Notes: generated from the letters alone by a model not told the origin. A stretch of 64,000 nucleotides of DNA from Sphingomonadales bacterium (GCA_031376385.1 JANMDQ010000018.1:12673-76672), one strand, 5' to 3'; positions 44,441 through 55,412 are shown, numbered from the stretch's first letter. Numbers and translations: made by a program.

Positions 44441-46366
44441 TTAAGCCCGCACTTCCTCTACAACGCCGATGCTGTTCATGCGGAGAGCCTTGAGCACTGA
44501 CTCTACAATCGCAGCAGCATCCAGGCCCGCATCGGCATATTGCTTCACAGGGTTGTCATGTTCCTGAAACTTATCCGGCAGGCGGAGTGTGCGGAGTTTG
44601 AGGCCATTGTCGATTAGGCCCTCGTCGCTTGCCATGGTCAGCACATGCGCCCCGAACCCACCGATGCTCGCCTCTTCGACGGTTACAGCAACTTCGTGAG
44701 TGGTGAGCAGTTCACGGATCAGCTTTACGTCCAACGGTTTGGCAAAGCGGAGGTCAGCGACCGTTGTGGATAGCCCCTTGGCCTCCAACTGGTCAGCCGC
44801 TTTCATAGCTTCTTCCAATCGCGTGCCGAGCGAGAGTATCGCAACCTTTTTGCCGTGGCGGACGATGCGACCCTTACCAATTTCGAGCGCTATTGGGGCT
44901 GTGGGCAGGTCCACGCCTGTACCATTGCCGCGCGGATATCGAAGCGCAATCGGGCCCGTGTCATGGCAGGCGGCGGTATAAGTCATATGCACCAGCTCAG
45001 CCTCGTCAGACGGCGCCATCACTACGAAATTGGGGAGCGTGCAGAGATAAGCGAGATCGAACGATCCAGCGTGGGTGCTGCCATCTGCACCCACAAGCCC
45101 GGCGCGGTCTATCGCAAAGCGCACCGGCAGATTTTGGATTGCCACATCATGGACCACTTGGTCATAAGCGCGCTGAAGGAAAGTCGAATAAATCGCGCAA
45201 AAGGGCCGCATTCCTTGGGCGGCAAGCCCCGCAGCAAAAGTCACAGCATGTTGTTCAGCAATACCGACGTCAAAGGCGCGGTCTGGATGCGCCTTTGCAA
45301 ATTTGTCAACGCCGGTGCCCGACGGCATGGCAGCGGTAATGGCGCAAATGCGGGGGTCAGTATTAGCAAGCGTCGCCAGAGTCTCACCGAACACATTCTG
45401 ATAACTGGGCGGGCCAGCGGCAGCTTTCGCCTGTTCGCCCGTTACAACATTGAATTTCTGGACGCCGTGATATTTGTCAGGTGCAGCTTCAGCAGGCGCA
45501 TAGCCATGGCCTTTTTTGGTCACGACGTGGATCAGGCAGGGCCCTTCTGCGGCATCGCGCACATTTTCGAGGACGGGAATCAGATGCTCAAGATTATGAC
45601 CATCGATGGGGCCGACATAATAAAAGCCAAGTTCTTCAAAAAACGTCCCGCCCATGGCCATGCCGCGCGCATATTCATCGGTTTTCTTGGCCGCTGCGTG
45701 GAGAGGCTGGGGCAGCTTACGCGCCAGCCGCTTTGCCAGATCGCGCAGTTCAAGGAACGGGCGTGACGACACCAGCCGCGCGAGATAAGCCGAAAGCCCA
45801 CCGACCGGCGGCGCGATGGACATATCATTGTCATTGAGAATGACGATCAGGCGGTTACCGGCCTGCGCGGCATTATTCATCGCCTCATAAGCCATGCCCG
45901 CTGACATGGAGCCATCGCCAATTACGGCGATGCCGCGTCCGGGCTTGTTGGCCAGCTTGTTCGCGACTGCAAAGCCCAAGGCGGCGCTGATAGACGTGGA
46001 GCTGTGCGCCGCGCCAAACGGATCATATTCGCTTTCGGTGCGCTTGGTGAAGCCGGAAAGGCCTCCGCCGGTGCGCAGAGTGCGGATCCGGTCCCGCCGC
46101 CCTGTTATGATTTTATGGGGGTAGCATTGGTGACCAACATCCCAGACCAAACGGTCTTCAGGCGTGTTGAACACATAATGGATGGCCGTTGTCAGTTCTA
46201 CCACGCCTAAACCTGCGCCCAAATGCCCACCCGTGACGGAAACCGCAGAAATAGTCTCGGCACGAAGCTCATCAGCGAACTGACGGAGTTGTTCGGGCTT
46301 TAGTGACCGCAGATCGGCGGGGAACTGAACAGTGTCGAGCAGCGGAGTGTTTGGTTTGTCAGACAT
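44441..46366 (-). CDS. dxs: 1-deoxy-D-xylulose-5-phosphate synthase
   Basis: [42 protein letters not shown]. Confidence 0.99.
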   Translation of the reverse strand: MSDKPNTPLLDTVQFPADLRSLKPEQLRQFADELRAETISAVSVTGGHLGAGLGVVELTTAIHYVFNTPEDRLVWDVGHQCYPHKIITGRRDRIRTLRTGGGLSGFTKRTESEYDPFGAAHSSTSISAALGFAVANKLANKPGRGIAVIGDGSMSAGMAYEAMNNAAQAGNRLIVILNDNDMSIAPPVGGLSAYLARLVSSRPFLELRDLAKRLARKLPQPLHAAAKKTDEYARGMAMGGTFFEELGFYYVGPIDGHNLEHLIPVLENVRDAAEGPCLIHVVTKKGHGYAPAEAAPDKYHGVQKFNVVTGEQAKAAAGPPSYQNVFGETLATLANTDPRICAITAAMPSGTGVDKFAKAHPDRAFDVGIAEQHAVTFAAGLAAQGMRPFCAIYSTFLQRAYDQVVHDVAIQNLPVRFAIDRAGLVGADGSTHAGSFDLAYLCTLPNFVVMAPSDEAELVHMTYTAACHDTGPIALRYPRGNGTGVDLPTAPIALEIGKGRIVRHGKKVAILSLGTRLEEAMKAADQLEAKGLSTTVADLRFAKPLDVKLIRELLTTHEVAVTVEEASIGGFGAHVLTMASDEGLIDNGLKLRTLRLPDKFQEHDNPVKQYADAGLDAAAIVESVLKALRMNSIGVVEEVRA

Positions 46367-46458
46367 AGACCACATTCTTAGCGGCTAGAGTGTGCGCTGT
46401 CGAACGGGATTCTTGTGCCCGAGTGTTGCAGAAATGGTGCACTCTTAGGTGAACCAGA

Positions 46459-46923
46459 CTACCCGCAGTCCGCACATGTCCCGTGCACTTCCATCACCGG
46501 GCGCACTGGATTGAACCCTGCTTTGCGGGCAGCGGCGCGGAGGCCGTCGGAGATTTTGTCATCGTCAACATGCGTTGCTGATCCGCACCCACTGCACACC
46601 AGAAAGATGCAGTCATGCATACAGTCTGGATGAGCGTTGGCGATATAGGCATTTTTGCTCTCCACGCGCATCGCCACGTTGGCGCCGACGAACAGGTCTA
46701 AGATGCGGTAAACGCTGTTGGCAGCGACGCGGCGTTGCTGGCTTTTGGAAACGGCCTCCGCAATGTCGTAGGCAGAGGCAGGTTTCTCAAACTGAGACAA
46801 AGCCTCAAATACGCTGGCCCGCATGGTGGTCCACTGTTCCCCAGCCTTTTCTAGCGCGGTTTGCGCGGCATTAGACAGTGCTTCGCCTTCGTGGAGTTGG
46901 TGGTTATGTGCGGTTGTTACCAT
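46459..46923 (-). CDS. Fur-family (Zur-like) transcriptional regulator
   Basis: R..VFE.L, SAYDI, NSVYRILD, LVC..CG, GTCADC. Confidence 0.85.
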   Translation of the reverse strand: MVTTAHNHQLHEGEALSNAAQTALEKAGEQWTTMRASVFEALSQFEKPASAYDIAEAVSKSQQRRVAANSVYRILDLFVGANVAMRVESKNAYIANAHPDCMHDCIFLVCSGCGSATHVDDDKISDGLRAAARKAGFNPVRPVMEVHGTCADCG

Positions 46924-46941
46924 AACCTGAAAGTAAGGCAG

Positions 46942-46973
46942 ACGGGCAGGGAGCGCAACTGTTCCCTGCCCGT
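46942..46973. terminator. GC hairpin between thiolase and the Fur-family gene
   Basis: ACGGGCAGGGA-N10-TCCCTGCCCGT; weak U-tract. Confidence 0.4.
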
Positions 46974-46981
46974 AAGTCAAA

Positions 46982-48160
46982 TTACAAGACCTCAAACAGC
47001 CCCGCAGCCCCTTGTCCGCCGCCGATGCACATGGTGATGACGACATATTTCACGCCGCGACGCTTGCCTTCGATCAGCGCGTGGCCAACCATGCGTGCGC
47101 CGGACATGCCGTAAGGATGGCCGATAGAAATCGCGCCGCCGTTAACGTTCAGCTTTTCCATGGGAATGCCCAGCTTTTCCGCGCAGTAAATCACTTGCAC
47201 GGCAAAAGCTTCGTTGAGTTCCCAAAGACCAATGTCATTCATGGTCAGGCCGTTGGCCTTCAGCAGCTTGGGGATCGCGAACACAGGGCCAATGCCCATT
47301 TCGTCGGGCTCAGTGCCTGCCACGGCCATACCGATGTAACGACCGAGTGGCGTCAAGCCTTTGCGGACTGCAACGGATTCTTCCATCAACACGCTGGCCG
47401 ACGATCCGTCCGATAGCTGGCTGGCATTGCCTGCAGTGATGCAATTGTCTGGCCCCATGACGGGTTTCAGGGATTTGAGTCCCTCAAGCGTCGTATCGGC
47501 ACGGTTGCCTTCATCCTTGGTCAGCGTCACTTCCTTATACGTGACGTCTTTGGTTTCCTTGTTCACCACAGCCATTGTCGCCGTAGCGGCGACGATCTCG
47601 TCATCAAATTTACCAGCGGCTTGCGCGGCAGCAGTGCGCATTTGCGACTGATAGCCATATTCGTCTTGGGCATCGCGAGAGATGCCGTAACGGGCTGCAA
47701 CCACTTCAGCCGTTTGCAGCATCGGCATGTAGATATTTTCGTGCATTGCGATCAGTTCACGGTCGGGCGCAACGCGCATTTCCGGCGTCTGCACCAGACT
47801 GATCGATTCAACACCGCCGCCAATCGTAATGTCCATGCCGTCGCAGATGATCTGCTTGGCCGCAGTGGCAATCGCCATCAGCCCGGACGAGCACTGGCGG
47901 TCAATGGTCATCCCGGGAACAGTGACGGGAAGGCCAGCACGCAACAAAGCCGTGCGCGCTGTGTTGCCAGCCTGGCTCCCCTGTTGAAGGGCTGAACCCC
48001 AGCAGACATCATCCACTTCCGCGCCATCAATGCCCGCGCGCTCAACAGCGGCACGGATCGACATGGCCGAAAGTGTGGGCGAGGCTGTGTTGTTAAACGC
48101 CCCGCGATAAGCGCGGCCGATGGGGGTGCGGGCGGTGGAAACGATGACGGCTGAACGCAT
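46982..48160 (-). CDS. Acetyl-CoA C-acyltransferase (thiolase)
   Basis: RQCSSGL, NEAFA, GHPYG, CIGGGQG. Confidence 0.96.
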   Translation of the reverse strand: MRSAVIVSTARTPIGRAYRGAFNNTASPTLSAMSIRAAVERAGIDGAEVDDVCWGSALQQGSQAGNTARTALLRAGLPVTVPGMTIDRQCSSGLMAIATAAKQIICDGMDITIGGGVESISLVQTPEMRVAPDRELIAMHENIYMPMLQTAEVVAARYGISRDAQDEYGYQSQMRTAAAQAAGKFDDEIVAATATMAVVNKETKDVTYKEVTLTKDEGNRADTTLEGLKSLKPVMGPDNCITAGNASQLSDGSSASVLMEESVAVRKGLTPLGRYIGMAVAGTEPDEMGIGPVFAIPKLLKANGLTMNDIGLWELNEAFAVQVIYCAEKLGIPMEKLNVNGGAISIGHPYGMSGARMVGHALIEGKRRGVKYVVITMCIGGGQGAAGLFEVL

Positions 48161-48200
48161 GGTTTAGTTTTCCTTCGGGAATAGGGGGAGGGGATCAGGA

Positions 48201-48653
48201 TCAAACGAACGTCTGGGAAATCCATTCGCAGATGAGGGCAGGCTTGTCTTCGCCTTCGATTTCAATGCTGACTTCCTGCGTTTGCTGGATTTGACCCGGG
48301 CGCTTTTCTTCAAACGCGGCGAGTTTGAAATGCGCGCGAACGCGCTTGCCGGATTTGACGGGCGAAAGGAAACGGAGCTTGTCCGATCCGTAATTCACAC
48401 CCATCTTGATATTATCCAGATGAGGCAATTTCGCCATCGCCGAAAGCATAGGGATGAGCGAGAGCGTCAAGAACCCGTGCGCAATCGTCTGGCCGAAGGG
48501 CGTGTGCTTGGCCTTTTCAATGTCGATGTGAATGAACTGATGATCGCCCGTGGCGTCGGCGAATTTGTTGATCATGTCCTGATCAACCAGTACCCAATCG
48601 GATGTGCCGATATTCTCGCCGATCAAGGCCTTCATCTCATCTATCGTTGCCAT
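48201..48653 (-). CDS. MaoC-family dehydratase
   Basis: FADATGDHQFIH, AHGFLTLS, NYG.DK.RF..PV. Confidence 0.93.
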   Translation of the reverse strand: MATIDEMKALIGENIGTSDWVLVDQDMINKFADATGDHQFIHIDIEKAKHTPFGQTIAHGFLTLSLIPMLSAMAKLPHLDNIKMGVNYGSDKLRFLSPVKSGKRVRAHFKLAAFEEKRPGQIQQTQEVSIEIEGEDKPALICEWISQTFV

Positions 48654-48758
48654 TTTCTGTCTCCGTCAAAAAGGGTGCAAAGGCCGCGCAACTTTATTAC
48701 AAAGGCAACCATCGCGATATCACCCCCTAGGCCCCAAAAAGACTGTGAGTCAAAGATC

Positions 48759-51749
48759 ATGGATTCCCCAACGTCATTGATGCGCAAACTTCACCGGATG
48801 GCAGAGCCTGATGTGCTTGGCCCGTTGTTAGCAGGCGCTGAATCGCCCCCGGAGGAGCGCACACGGATCGTATCGCAGGCTAAGGGCCTGCTGATTGATT
48901 TGCGGGCCGCGCAATCATCAGGCTGGGTCAATCAGTTCCTGACTGAGTATCGCCTAAACACCGCTGAAGGAGTCGCGCTGCTGAGCTTAGCCGAAGCTTT
49001 TCTGCGCGTTCCTGATGCCGAAACCGCAGATGCCCTCATCGCGGACAAGCTGGGCGATGCCAATTGGCGCGCCCATTCGGGCAAGTCTCATTCCAATCTG
49101 GTGAATTCTGCGACATGGGGCCTGGTGATTGGTCGCGCCTTAGTGAACGACAATGGCGAAGCGGGCGTCCTGCGCCGACTGGTGTCACGTGCGGGGGAGC
49201 CCTTCGTGCGACAGGCTGTCGGCGCGGCAATGAAAATGATGGGCGAAATTTTCGTCATGGGCCGCACAATATCTGAAGCCAGCGACAGGATGCGCAAGCC
49301 TGAGAACCGGGGCTTTACGGCAAGTTTTGACATGTTGGGTGAAGCCGCGCGGACTTATGCTGATGGCGAACGCTATTTCAAATCCTATCTCGATGCCATT
49401 GAGGCGGTGGGGCGCGAACCCGGCACGGGTCATTCGATATCGGTCAAACTTTCAGCACTTCACCCCCGCTATGAGGTTGCCCACTGGGCCTCCTGTGTTC
49501 CGATGCTGTCTGACTTGCTGGAGGGGCTGTGCCTAGCTGCCGCAAAGGCCGGGATTGCTCTGACGGTTGACGCCGAAGAATCGGAGCGGCTTGAGATGAG
49601 CCTGGATATCATCAGCCGGACCGCGCGGCTGCCATCGCTCAAAGGGTGGGATGGCCTCGGCATGGCCGTGCAGGCCTATTCTAAACGCGCGGTTGCTGTC
49701 ATCGCCTGGGCTGACAGCCTGGGCGCGGAGACGGGGCGGCGGATCGCAGCACGGCTGGTGAAGGGGGCCTATTGGGATAGTGAGATCAAGCGCACGCAGG
49801 AATGGGGCCTGTCCGACTATCCCCTCTTCACGCGCAAAGCCGCGACGGATGTGTCGTGGCTGGCCTGTGCCAAGGACATGCTGCGCGCCAAGAATATCCA
49901 CCCGGCCTTTGCGACGCACAACGCCCTGTCCGTCGCAACGGTGCTGGAATGGGCGGGCGACGCGCGGGATTTTGAATTCCAGCGCTTGCACGGCATGGGC
50001 GAGGGACTTTATGAGACGCTGGTACGCGAACAGGGCTACCAATGCCGCATCTACGCACCCGTCGGCGGCCACCGCGATCTTCTGGCCTATCTGGTGCGGC
50101 GCTTGCTGGAAAATGGCGCGAATTCAAGCTTTGTGCATCAGCTGGCCGATGCAGACGTGAATGATGATGTGCTGCTGGCCGACCCTGTGGCGAAGGTGAT
50201 GGCTGTTGGCGGTAGGCGGCATTCGAGCATACCATTGCCCATTGATTTGTTTCCGGGGCGAAAAAACAGTTCGGGCCTGGATTTGCAGGATAACGATATT
50301 CTTGCTGATACTGCGCGGCTCCTCTGCGCCTCTGCGCCTCTGCGCGAACAAAAGAAAATTGGGCTCGCGCAGAGGCGCAGAGGCGCAGAAAACAATGTGG
50401 CCGCTGCAGTGGCAAGCTTTCCAAATTGGACGGCGTCATCGATCGACAGCCGATGCGTCAAAGTTGAACGCCTTGCTGATCTTCTTGAAACTCACCGCAT
50501 CGAACTCATGTCGATCCTCGTTCATGAGGCGAAGAAGACCATCCCCGATGCGTTGGGCGAAGTGCGGGAAGCTGTTGATTTTTGCCGCTATTATGCGGCG
50601 CAGGCGCGAACCGGATTACAACCCATCGAGCTTCCCGGCCCCACGGGAGAGCGCAATGTTCTGCGCTACGGCGGTCGCGGGGTGTGGGTTTGCATTGCAC
50701 CTTGGAATTTCCCGCTGGCGATATTCCTCGGTCAGGTCGCAGCGGCTTTGGTGACTGGTAACACAGTGATTGCCAAGCCCGCACCGCAAACACCGTTGAT
50801 TGCAGAACGGGCCGTTGCGCTGGCGCATGAGTCAGGCATTGCAGCAGATGTGCTTGTACTCGCGCTCGGCGGTCCAGAAGTTGGGGCCGCACTGGTCGCT
50901 GATCCTCGTATCGCTGGCGTGGCCTTCACAGGGTCAACCGCAACGGCCAAACGGATTGCGCGAGCGCTGGTGGAGGAGGATTCGCGGCCACTTATTCCGT
51001 TCATTGCAGAAACCGGCGGTATCAATGCGATGATCGTCGATTCCACCGCTCTGCCCGAACAAGTGGTGCAGGACGTAGTGACATCGGCGTTCCGGTCTGC
51101 GGGGCAACGCTGCTCCGCTTTACGGCTGCTATTGCTGCAAGAGGATGTGGCGGAACGGACGCTGGAAATGCTGGCAGGCGCGATGGACGCGCTGGTAGTC
51201 GGTCATCCGGCTGATCCGGCGACAGATGTCGGACCCGTGATTGATCAGGCGGCTTATGATCTGTTGATGGGATATAGGGAGAGCAAGCGCGCTGATTGGG
51301 TGCATACCCTTGCCTCGGGTGATACGAACTGCGCTTTCTTTGTGCCTCCCACCATCATCCGTCTCTCCTCCATCGAAGATCTAAGCACCGAATGGTTCGG
51401 CCCCATCCTCCACGTCGCCACGTGGAAAGCAGGGGCGCTTGCGGAGACGGTGCAGAGGATCAATGCCAAAGGCTACGGCCTCACCATGGGCCTGCACAGC
51501 CGCATCGCGCGGACGGCGGACGAAGTTGAGGCGCTGGCGCGGGTCGGCAATCTTTATGTGAATCGGTCGATGATTGGGGCCATTGTGGGTTCTCAACCGT
51601 TCGGCGGAGAGGGGTTGTCAGGCACGGGGCCAAAGGCAGGCGGGCCAAACTATCTTCACCGCTTTTGTGTGGAGCGAGTGACGAGCACAGATACCACAAG
51701 TGCAGGCGGTAATGCGTCGTTACTCAGTCTGGATGAGGTTGGGGCTTAG
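48759..51749 (+). CDS. putA: Bifunctional proline dehydrogenase / P5C dehydrogenase PutA (no RHH domain)
   Basis: SFDMLGE, RLVKGAYWD, QRLHGMGE, YLVRRLLENGANSSF, PWNFP, AFTGST, ETGG, SAGQRCSA, FGGEGLSGTG; ORF-track start 48282 is an antisense overlap of MaoC. Confidence 0.96.
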   Translation: MDSPTSLMRKLHRMAEPDVLGPLLAGAESPPEERTRIVSQAKGLLIDLRAAQSSGWVNQFLTEYRLNTAEGVALLSLAEAFLRVPDAETADALIADKLGDANWRAHSGKSHSNLVNSATWGLVIGRALVNDNGEAGVLRRLVSRAGEPFVRQAVGAAMKMMGEIFVMGRTISEASDRMRKPENRGFTASFDMLGEAARTYADGERYFKSYLDAIEAVGREPGTGHSISVKLSALHPRYEVAHWASCVPMLSDLLEGLCLAAAKAGIALTVDAEESERLEMSLDIISRTARLPSLKGWDGLGMAVQAYSKRAVAVIAWADSLGAETGRRIAARLVKGAYWDSEIKRTQEWGLSDYPLFTRKAATDVSWLACAKDMLRAKNIHPAFATHNALSVATVLEWAGDARDFEFQRLHGMGEGLYETLVREQGYQCRIYAPVGGHRDLLAYLVRRLLENGANSSFVHQLADADVNDDVLLADPVAKVMAVGGRRHSSIPLPIDLFPGRKNSSGLDLQDNDILADTARLLCASAPLREQKKIGLAQRRRGAENNVAAAVASFPNWTASSIDSRCVKVERLADLLETHRIELMSILVHEAKKTIPDALGEVREAVDFCRYYAAQARTGLQPIELPGPTGERNVLRYGGRGVWVCIAPWNFPLAIFLGQVAAALVTGNTVIAKPAPQTPLIAERAVALAHESGIAADVLVLALGGPEVGAALVADPRIAGVAFTGSTATAKRIARALVEEDSRPLIPFIAETGGINAMIVDSTALPEQVVQDVVTSAFRSAGQRCSALRLLLLQEDVAERTLEMLAGAMDALVVGHPADPATDVGPVIDQAAYDLLMGYRESKRADWVHTLASGDTNCAFFVPPTIIRLSSIEDLSTEWFGPILHVATWKAGALAETVQRINAKGYGLTMGLHSRIARTADEVEALARVGNLYVNRSMIGAIVGSQPFGGEGLSGTGPKAGGPNYLHRFCVERVTSTDTTSAGGNASLLSLDEVGA
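50323..50389. repeat. Perfect 25-bp inverted repeat (family D) inside putA
   Basis: (TCTGCGCC)2TCTGCGCGA-N17-TCGCGCAGA(GGCGCAGA)2. Confidence 0.92.
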
Positions 51750-51765
51750 TTCTCCCCCTTTCCAC

Positions 51766-52905
51766 TCACTTCGCCTGAGCATAAGGCATCACTAACGTGC
51801 CATCGGGCGACGCTGTATAGGTCGTCTGCGTTGGGTAGGCGAAAGCAATGCCGCGTTTTGCGAATTCCTGCAAAATACCAATGTTCACGCCATTCTTACA
51901 CGCCAGGATCTCATCAGGATCATCGGCAGCAATGTCATAGATCAGCGTGAAATCCAGACTGGACGGGGCAAATGTTTCCAGTCCGCAGCGGATGAAGCGG
52001 CACTTGTCATTGGCGTTGACCAAAGGGGCAACAATCTCCCCCAGTTGCGCGCAAATTTCTGGCGGCGTGTTAAACACTAAGCTGAGGATTTGACTGAACC
52101 GTCGCGTATCGACCCGCGCGAAATTCCGGAGTTCCTTGCCCAGAAGGTTGGCGTTGGAAACGATAATTTCTTCACCCGAAAGCGCCCGGATGCGGCTGGA
52201 TTTCAGGCCAATGGCTTCAACAGTGCCGGTCGTTGTGTCCCAACGGATCACATCGCCTTTGCGGAACGGCTTATCAAACAAGATTGAAAGGGCCGCGAAC
52301 AGGTCAGAAAATATTCCCTGCGCGGCGAGGCCAATGGCAATGCCGCCAATGCCGAGCCCGGCAAGAAGGCCCGTCACATCCACCCCCAGATTGGCGAGGA
52401 TGACGATGGCGGCAAGGATTAAGATGCCCCCCGTGACAAGTAAACGGATAAGCCCAACTGCGCTTTGCAAGCTGCCATTGGGGTCCGTTTCCGCCGCGCG
52501 CATTTGGACGATGCCTAAGATCAGTGAGCGGATCCATATGGCCGATTGCAGGACCGCAGCAATAATGAACAGCGCGTGGATTGGGGTTGCAATTTCGGTA
52601 GGAGCTTTCCCAACAACAGCAATGACTTGCGCCGCGACTGCGACTTTGAACCAGACGCGCGTTTTACTGAGCGCGCGGCCAATGACTGTCGGCCAGCGGC
52701 TGACACTGCGGCCGGGCCGAAGCAACCAAATGCCAAGCAGTTTTGCGCTGTAAAGCAAGCCCACGATGATGGCGCCAACGACGATGGAAAGGATGATCTG
52801 GTTGGCGTGGCCATCCACCCAGTCAGAAGCCTCGAAAGCGATTTCGCTCAATTGGTCAGTTAGCGGGCGATTGTCGCCAAGAAACGGAATGCTGGGCTTC
52901 GTCAT
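51766..52905 (-). CDS. MscS-family mechanosensitive channel
   Basis: GLGIGGIAIGLAAQ..FSDLFA, DKPF..GD, IGLKSSR. Confidence 0.93.
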   Translation of the reverse strand: MTKPSIPFLGDNRPLTDQLSEIAFEASDWVDGHANQIILSIVVGAIIVGLLYSAKLLGIWLLRPGRSVSRWPTVIGRALSKTRVWFKVAVAAQVIAVVGKAPTEIATPIHALFIIAAVLQSAIWIRSLILGIVQMRAAETDPNGSLQSAVGLIRLLVTGGILILAAIVILANLGVDVTGLLAGLGIGGIAIGLAAQGIFSDLFAALSILFDKPFRKGDVIRWDTTTGTVEAIGLKSSRIRALSGEEIIVSNANLLGKELRNFARVDTRRFSQILSLVFNTPPEICAQLGEIVAPLVNANDKCRFIRCGLETFAPSSLDFTLIYDIAADDPDEILACKNGVNIGILQEFAKRGIAFAYPTQTTYTASPDGTLVMPYAQAK

Positions 52906-52914
52906 CCGCCGCGT

Positions 52915-54030
52915 TTAGCGCCTGACGGTCTTTCGCTCAACCCGCTCAAACTGCCTCAGGAAAGCAGGACTGTGCGCCTGCATCCATTTTCGCCCCGGAT
53001 TTTCGACGGCGCGGTAAAGGATTTCTGACGCCGCGTAGGTAAGGGCGGCGAAGCCCATCATCATAAGGAGAGGAACCGTTGTCGGGTCGCTCACAAAGAA
53101 GAGTTTGAACAGGATCCACAGGAAGAAATGAACGAGGTAGGTGGAATAGCTGATGTCGCCGATATGGACAGCAATGCGCGAGGTGAGGGGATTACCGGGC
53201 CAGAAAGAGGTTTGGGCCAGAAAATAGACAATAGCCGCAAACATAGTCGGGACAGCTGCCATTTCACTAAGACCGCCACATGACCAGCCAGCGCCTGCAA
53301 TAACAGCGATTAGCGCAGAAAGGGCCAAAAGCAATCGGTGCTGACTGGCAGTCGCCTGTTGCCAAATCGAACAGATGAAGACGCCGATGAGGAATTGGAA
53401 GAGACAGCGAATCAAACCATTTTCAGTGATGCCACCGCCCATCGTTGTCGCACCGCGTGTGCGCAGGATGAAGGCGAATGTGATGCAGAGCATGGCAATT
53501 GCAGCCAGATTGACCGCCACGCCGCGTTTCCAGCGGAGTAGGACGATTGCTGCAAAGGGGAGGAGGAGATAGGCGCCAAACTCTGTTGAAATCGACCAAG
53601 AGGGATCGTTCCATGTCAGTGCGCTGGTGAAGCCCCAATTCTGGATAAGCAGCAGATGAAGCGGCAATTCTGAAAGCGGATAATGGTTTGGATCAGATCG
53701 CCCCGTTAACGCCATCAGCCCGACAAAACCCGCCATCGAGCAGAGAATGAACAGGTGCAGCGGGTAAATCCGCGCTAGCCTTCGCCAGAGGAAGTCAGGG
53801 GCCGCGCGCAGCCCGTCCTGTTCAAACTTCGTCCCGTAATTCAGCCACATCACGAAGCCGGAGAGAATGAAGAACAGATCAACTGCTAAATAGCCTTTGG
53901 AGAAAAAGCTGATGGCTCCCGACGGCACTTCAGGTCCGAATGCGTCGCGGATGTGATAGAAAACGACGTACCAAGCCGCCAGGCCGCGCGCGCCGGTCAG
54001 CGCATCCAGTTGCGGCTTAGTCCCGTTCAC
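52915..54030 (-). CDS. Acyltransferase-3 (OafA-like) membrane O-acyltransferase
   Basis: LTGARGLAA..VV.YH, VDLFFILSGFV, RRLARIYP, WSIS.E, G.ISYS.YL.H; GTG 54030 overlaps upstream TGA. Confidence 0.9.
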   Translation of the reverse strand: MNGTKPQLDALTGARGLAAWYVVFYHIRDAFGPEVPSGAISFFSKGYLAVDLFFILSGFVMWLNYGTKFEQDGLRAAPDFLWRRLARIYPLHLFILCSMAGFVGLMALTGRSDPNHYPLSELPLHLLLIQNWGFTSALTWNDPSWSISTEFGAYLLLPFAAIVLLRWKRGVAVNLAAIAMLCITFAFILRTRGATTMGGGITENGLIRCLFQFLIGVFICSIWQQATASQHRLLLALSALIAVIAGAGWSCGGLSEMAAVPTMFAAIVYFLAQTSFWPGNPLTSRIAVHIGDISYSTYLVHFFLWILFKLFFVSDPTTVPLLMMMGFAALTYAASEILYRAVENPGRKWMQAHSPAFLRQFERVERKTVRR

Positions 54031-55412
54031 GCTGCGGGCGTCCAGTGGGGCTGTTTCCCCCAGCCTTGCGGTGCGGCTCTCCATTCAGGCCCATCGTCAC
54101 TCTCTTGGGCGCGGCGGCGCTGGGCATAGCTGTCCAGCCCGATTTGCATGCCGACCAGCAGATAGATGAAAGGCTGATACGCAACGCCGACAAATGTTGC
54201 GCCAATCAAGTAAATGACATGCGCATGTTGCAGAGCTTCGGCCAGACTGCCCATCCATTGGCCATTTTGTTCATCGCGCTTTTTGTAGCGCCTACGGATG
54301 ACTTCCATACGGAACAAGCCGACGACATGGATGGTCAGCCAGAGGATGAGACCGGGATAGCCTTGTTCGCCCAGCACTTCGAAATAGGCACTGTGATAGG
54401 CGCGGGCCTTATCCTCCACGACATTGGCTTCGATGTTCACTTGACCGCCTGCCTCGCTGGAGCTGACAGTTTCAAAGCGTATTTTGTTGCCGCGATAAGC
54501 GTCAAAGCCTCCCCCCAAGGGGTGGTCTGCAGCATAGTCAATGGTCCATTTCCAAACGGCGATTCGCGTGGCTGCGGATTGATCGCCCTTATAGGTTTTG
54601 ATTGTGCCCATCCGGTCTGAAAAGCTGCTGGGGAGCAAAGGAACAGCGACTGCTGCGGCAGCACCCATCAGGAAGATATAGAGGAAGCGGCGCTTTGTGC
54701 TGCGCAACGACAGCAGGGCAAGCACCGCTATACAAATGAGTCCCGTGCGGGCCTGCGTTCCAATCGGGATCAGCAGACAGGCGAAGATGAACGCGGCGCA
54801 AAACAGATTGGCGGGCCAGCCTTTCGGGAAAATCGTATTATATTTGCGCAAATAGAGGATGAGCGGAATGATACAGATTGCCGCCATCGAGATACTGCTC
54901 GATTCGTACAGACCGACATTGTTGGCGATCATGAGGTTGAGCACGCCGTATCCGCCTCCCGATGCCAGCGTCTTAACGCCACCAACAATGATGATCGCGG
55001 CGGCAGAAAGGGTCATGAATAGCGCCAAGGCCTCCATCCGCAGCCGCGTGGTGAGTGTGAAGGGCAGGAATATGGCAAAGGCCAGTGATTTCCAGACCCA
55101 TCCCCACTTGTCACTGGCGGGCAGGGGGAAATCCGCCATGGTCGTGGTGATGCCGCAATAAATCAGGAACAGGATCATCACCACTTGGCGAAACGTGATG
55201 CGGGTATGCTTGTGACTGTCCGCGACTGCCCATCCAAGGACCGCCAAGCCAATGGCAATCTGGGACACGGGCACGCTATTCAACAGGAAATAGGTCAGTC
55301 GTTGCGGCGCGACGATATCGATATAGACATAGGCAAGCACAAAAATGAAAGGCCGCCTAAACCCCATGCCTAGGATGACGGCCAGAAAACCAAGGAACGC
55401 AAGATCACGCAC
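54027..55412 (-). CDS. Exosortase-A/PEP-CTERM-associated O-glycosylation ligase (Wzy/WaaL-like)
   Basis: RDLAFL, Y.YIDIVAPQ, DHPLGGGF, AYHSAYFEVLGEQG; multi-TM. Confidence 0.82.
   Translation of the reverse strand: MRDLAFLGFLAVILGMGFRRPFIFVLAYVYIDIVAPQRLTYFLLNSVPVSQIAIGLAVLGWAVADSHKHTRITFRQVVMILFLIYCGITTTMADFPLPASDKWGWVWKSLAFAIFLPFTLTTRLRMEALALFMTLSAAAIIIVGGVKTLASGGGYGVLNLMIANNVGLYESSSISMAAICIIPLILYLRKYNTIFPKGWPANLFCAAFIFACLLIPIGTQARTGLICIAVLALLSLRSTKRRFLYIFLMGAAAAVAVPLLPSSFSDRMGTIKTYKGDQSAATRIAVWKWTIDYAADHPLGGGFDAYRGNKIRFETVSSSEAGGQVNIEANVVEDKARAYHSAYFEVLGEQGYPGLILWLTIHVVGLFRMEVIRRRYKKRDEQNGQWMGSLAEALQHAHVIYLIGATFVGVAYQPFIYLLVGMQIGLDSYAQRRRAQESDDGPEWRAAPQGWGKQPHWTPAA

Noticed and set aside
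48282-48758. 159-codon N-terminal extension of putA in the ORF track
   Set aside because: Overlaps MaoC on the opposite strand; PutA-like sequence begins at ATG 48759.
7754-50389. Palindromic repeats as a CRISPR array
   Set aside because: No tandem direct repeats with unique spacers and no cas genes; the elements are dispersed and unrelated.
54031-54084. Acyltransferase start at ATG 54084
   Set aside because: Would overlap the ligase by 58 nt; GTG 54030 gives a standard 4-nt coupling overlap.
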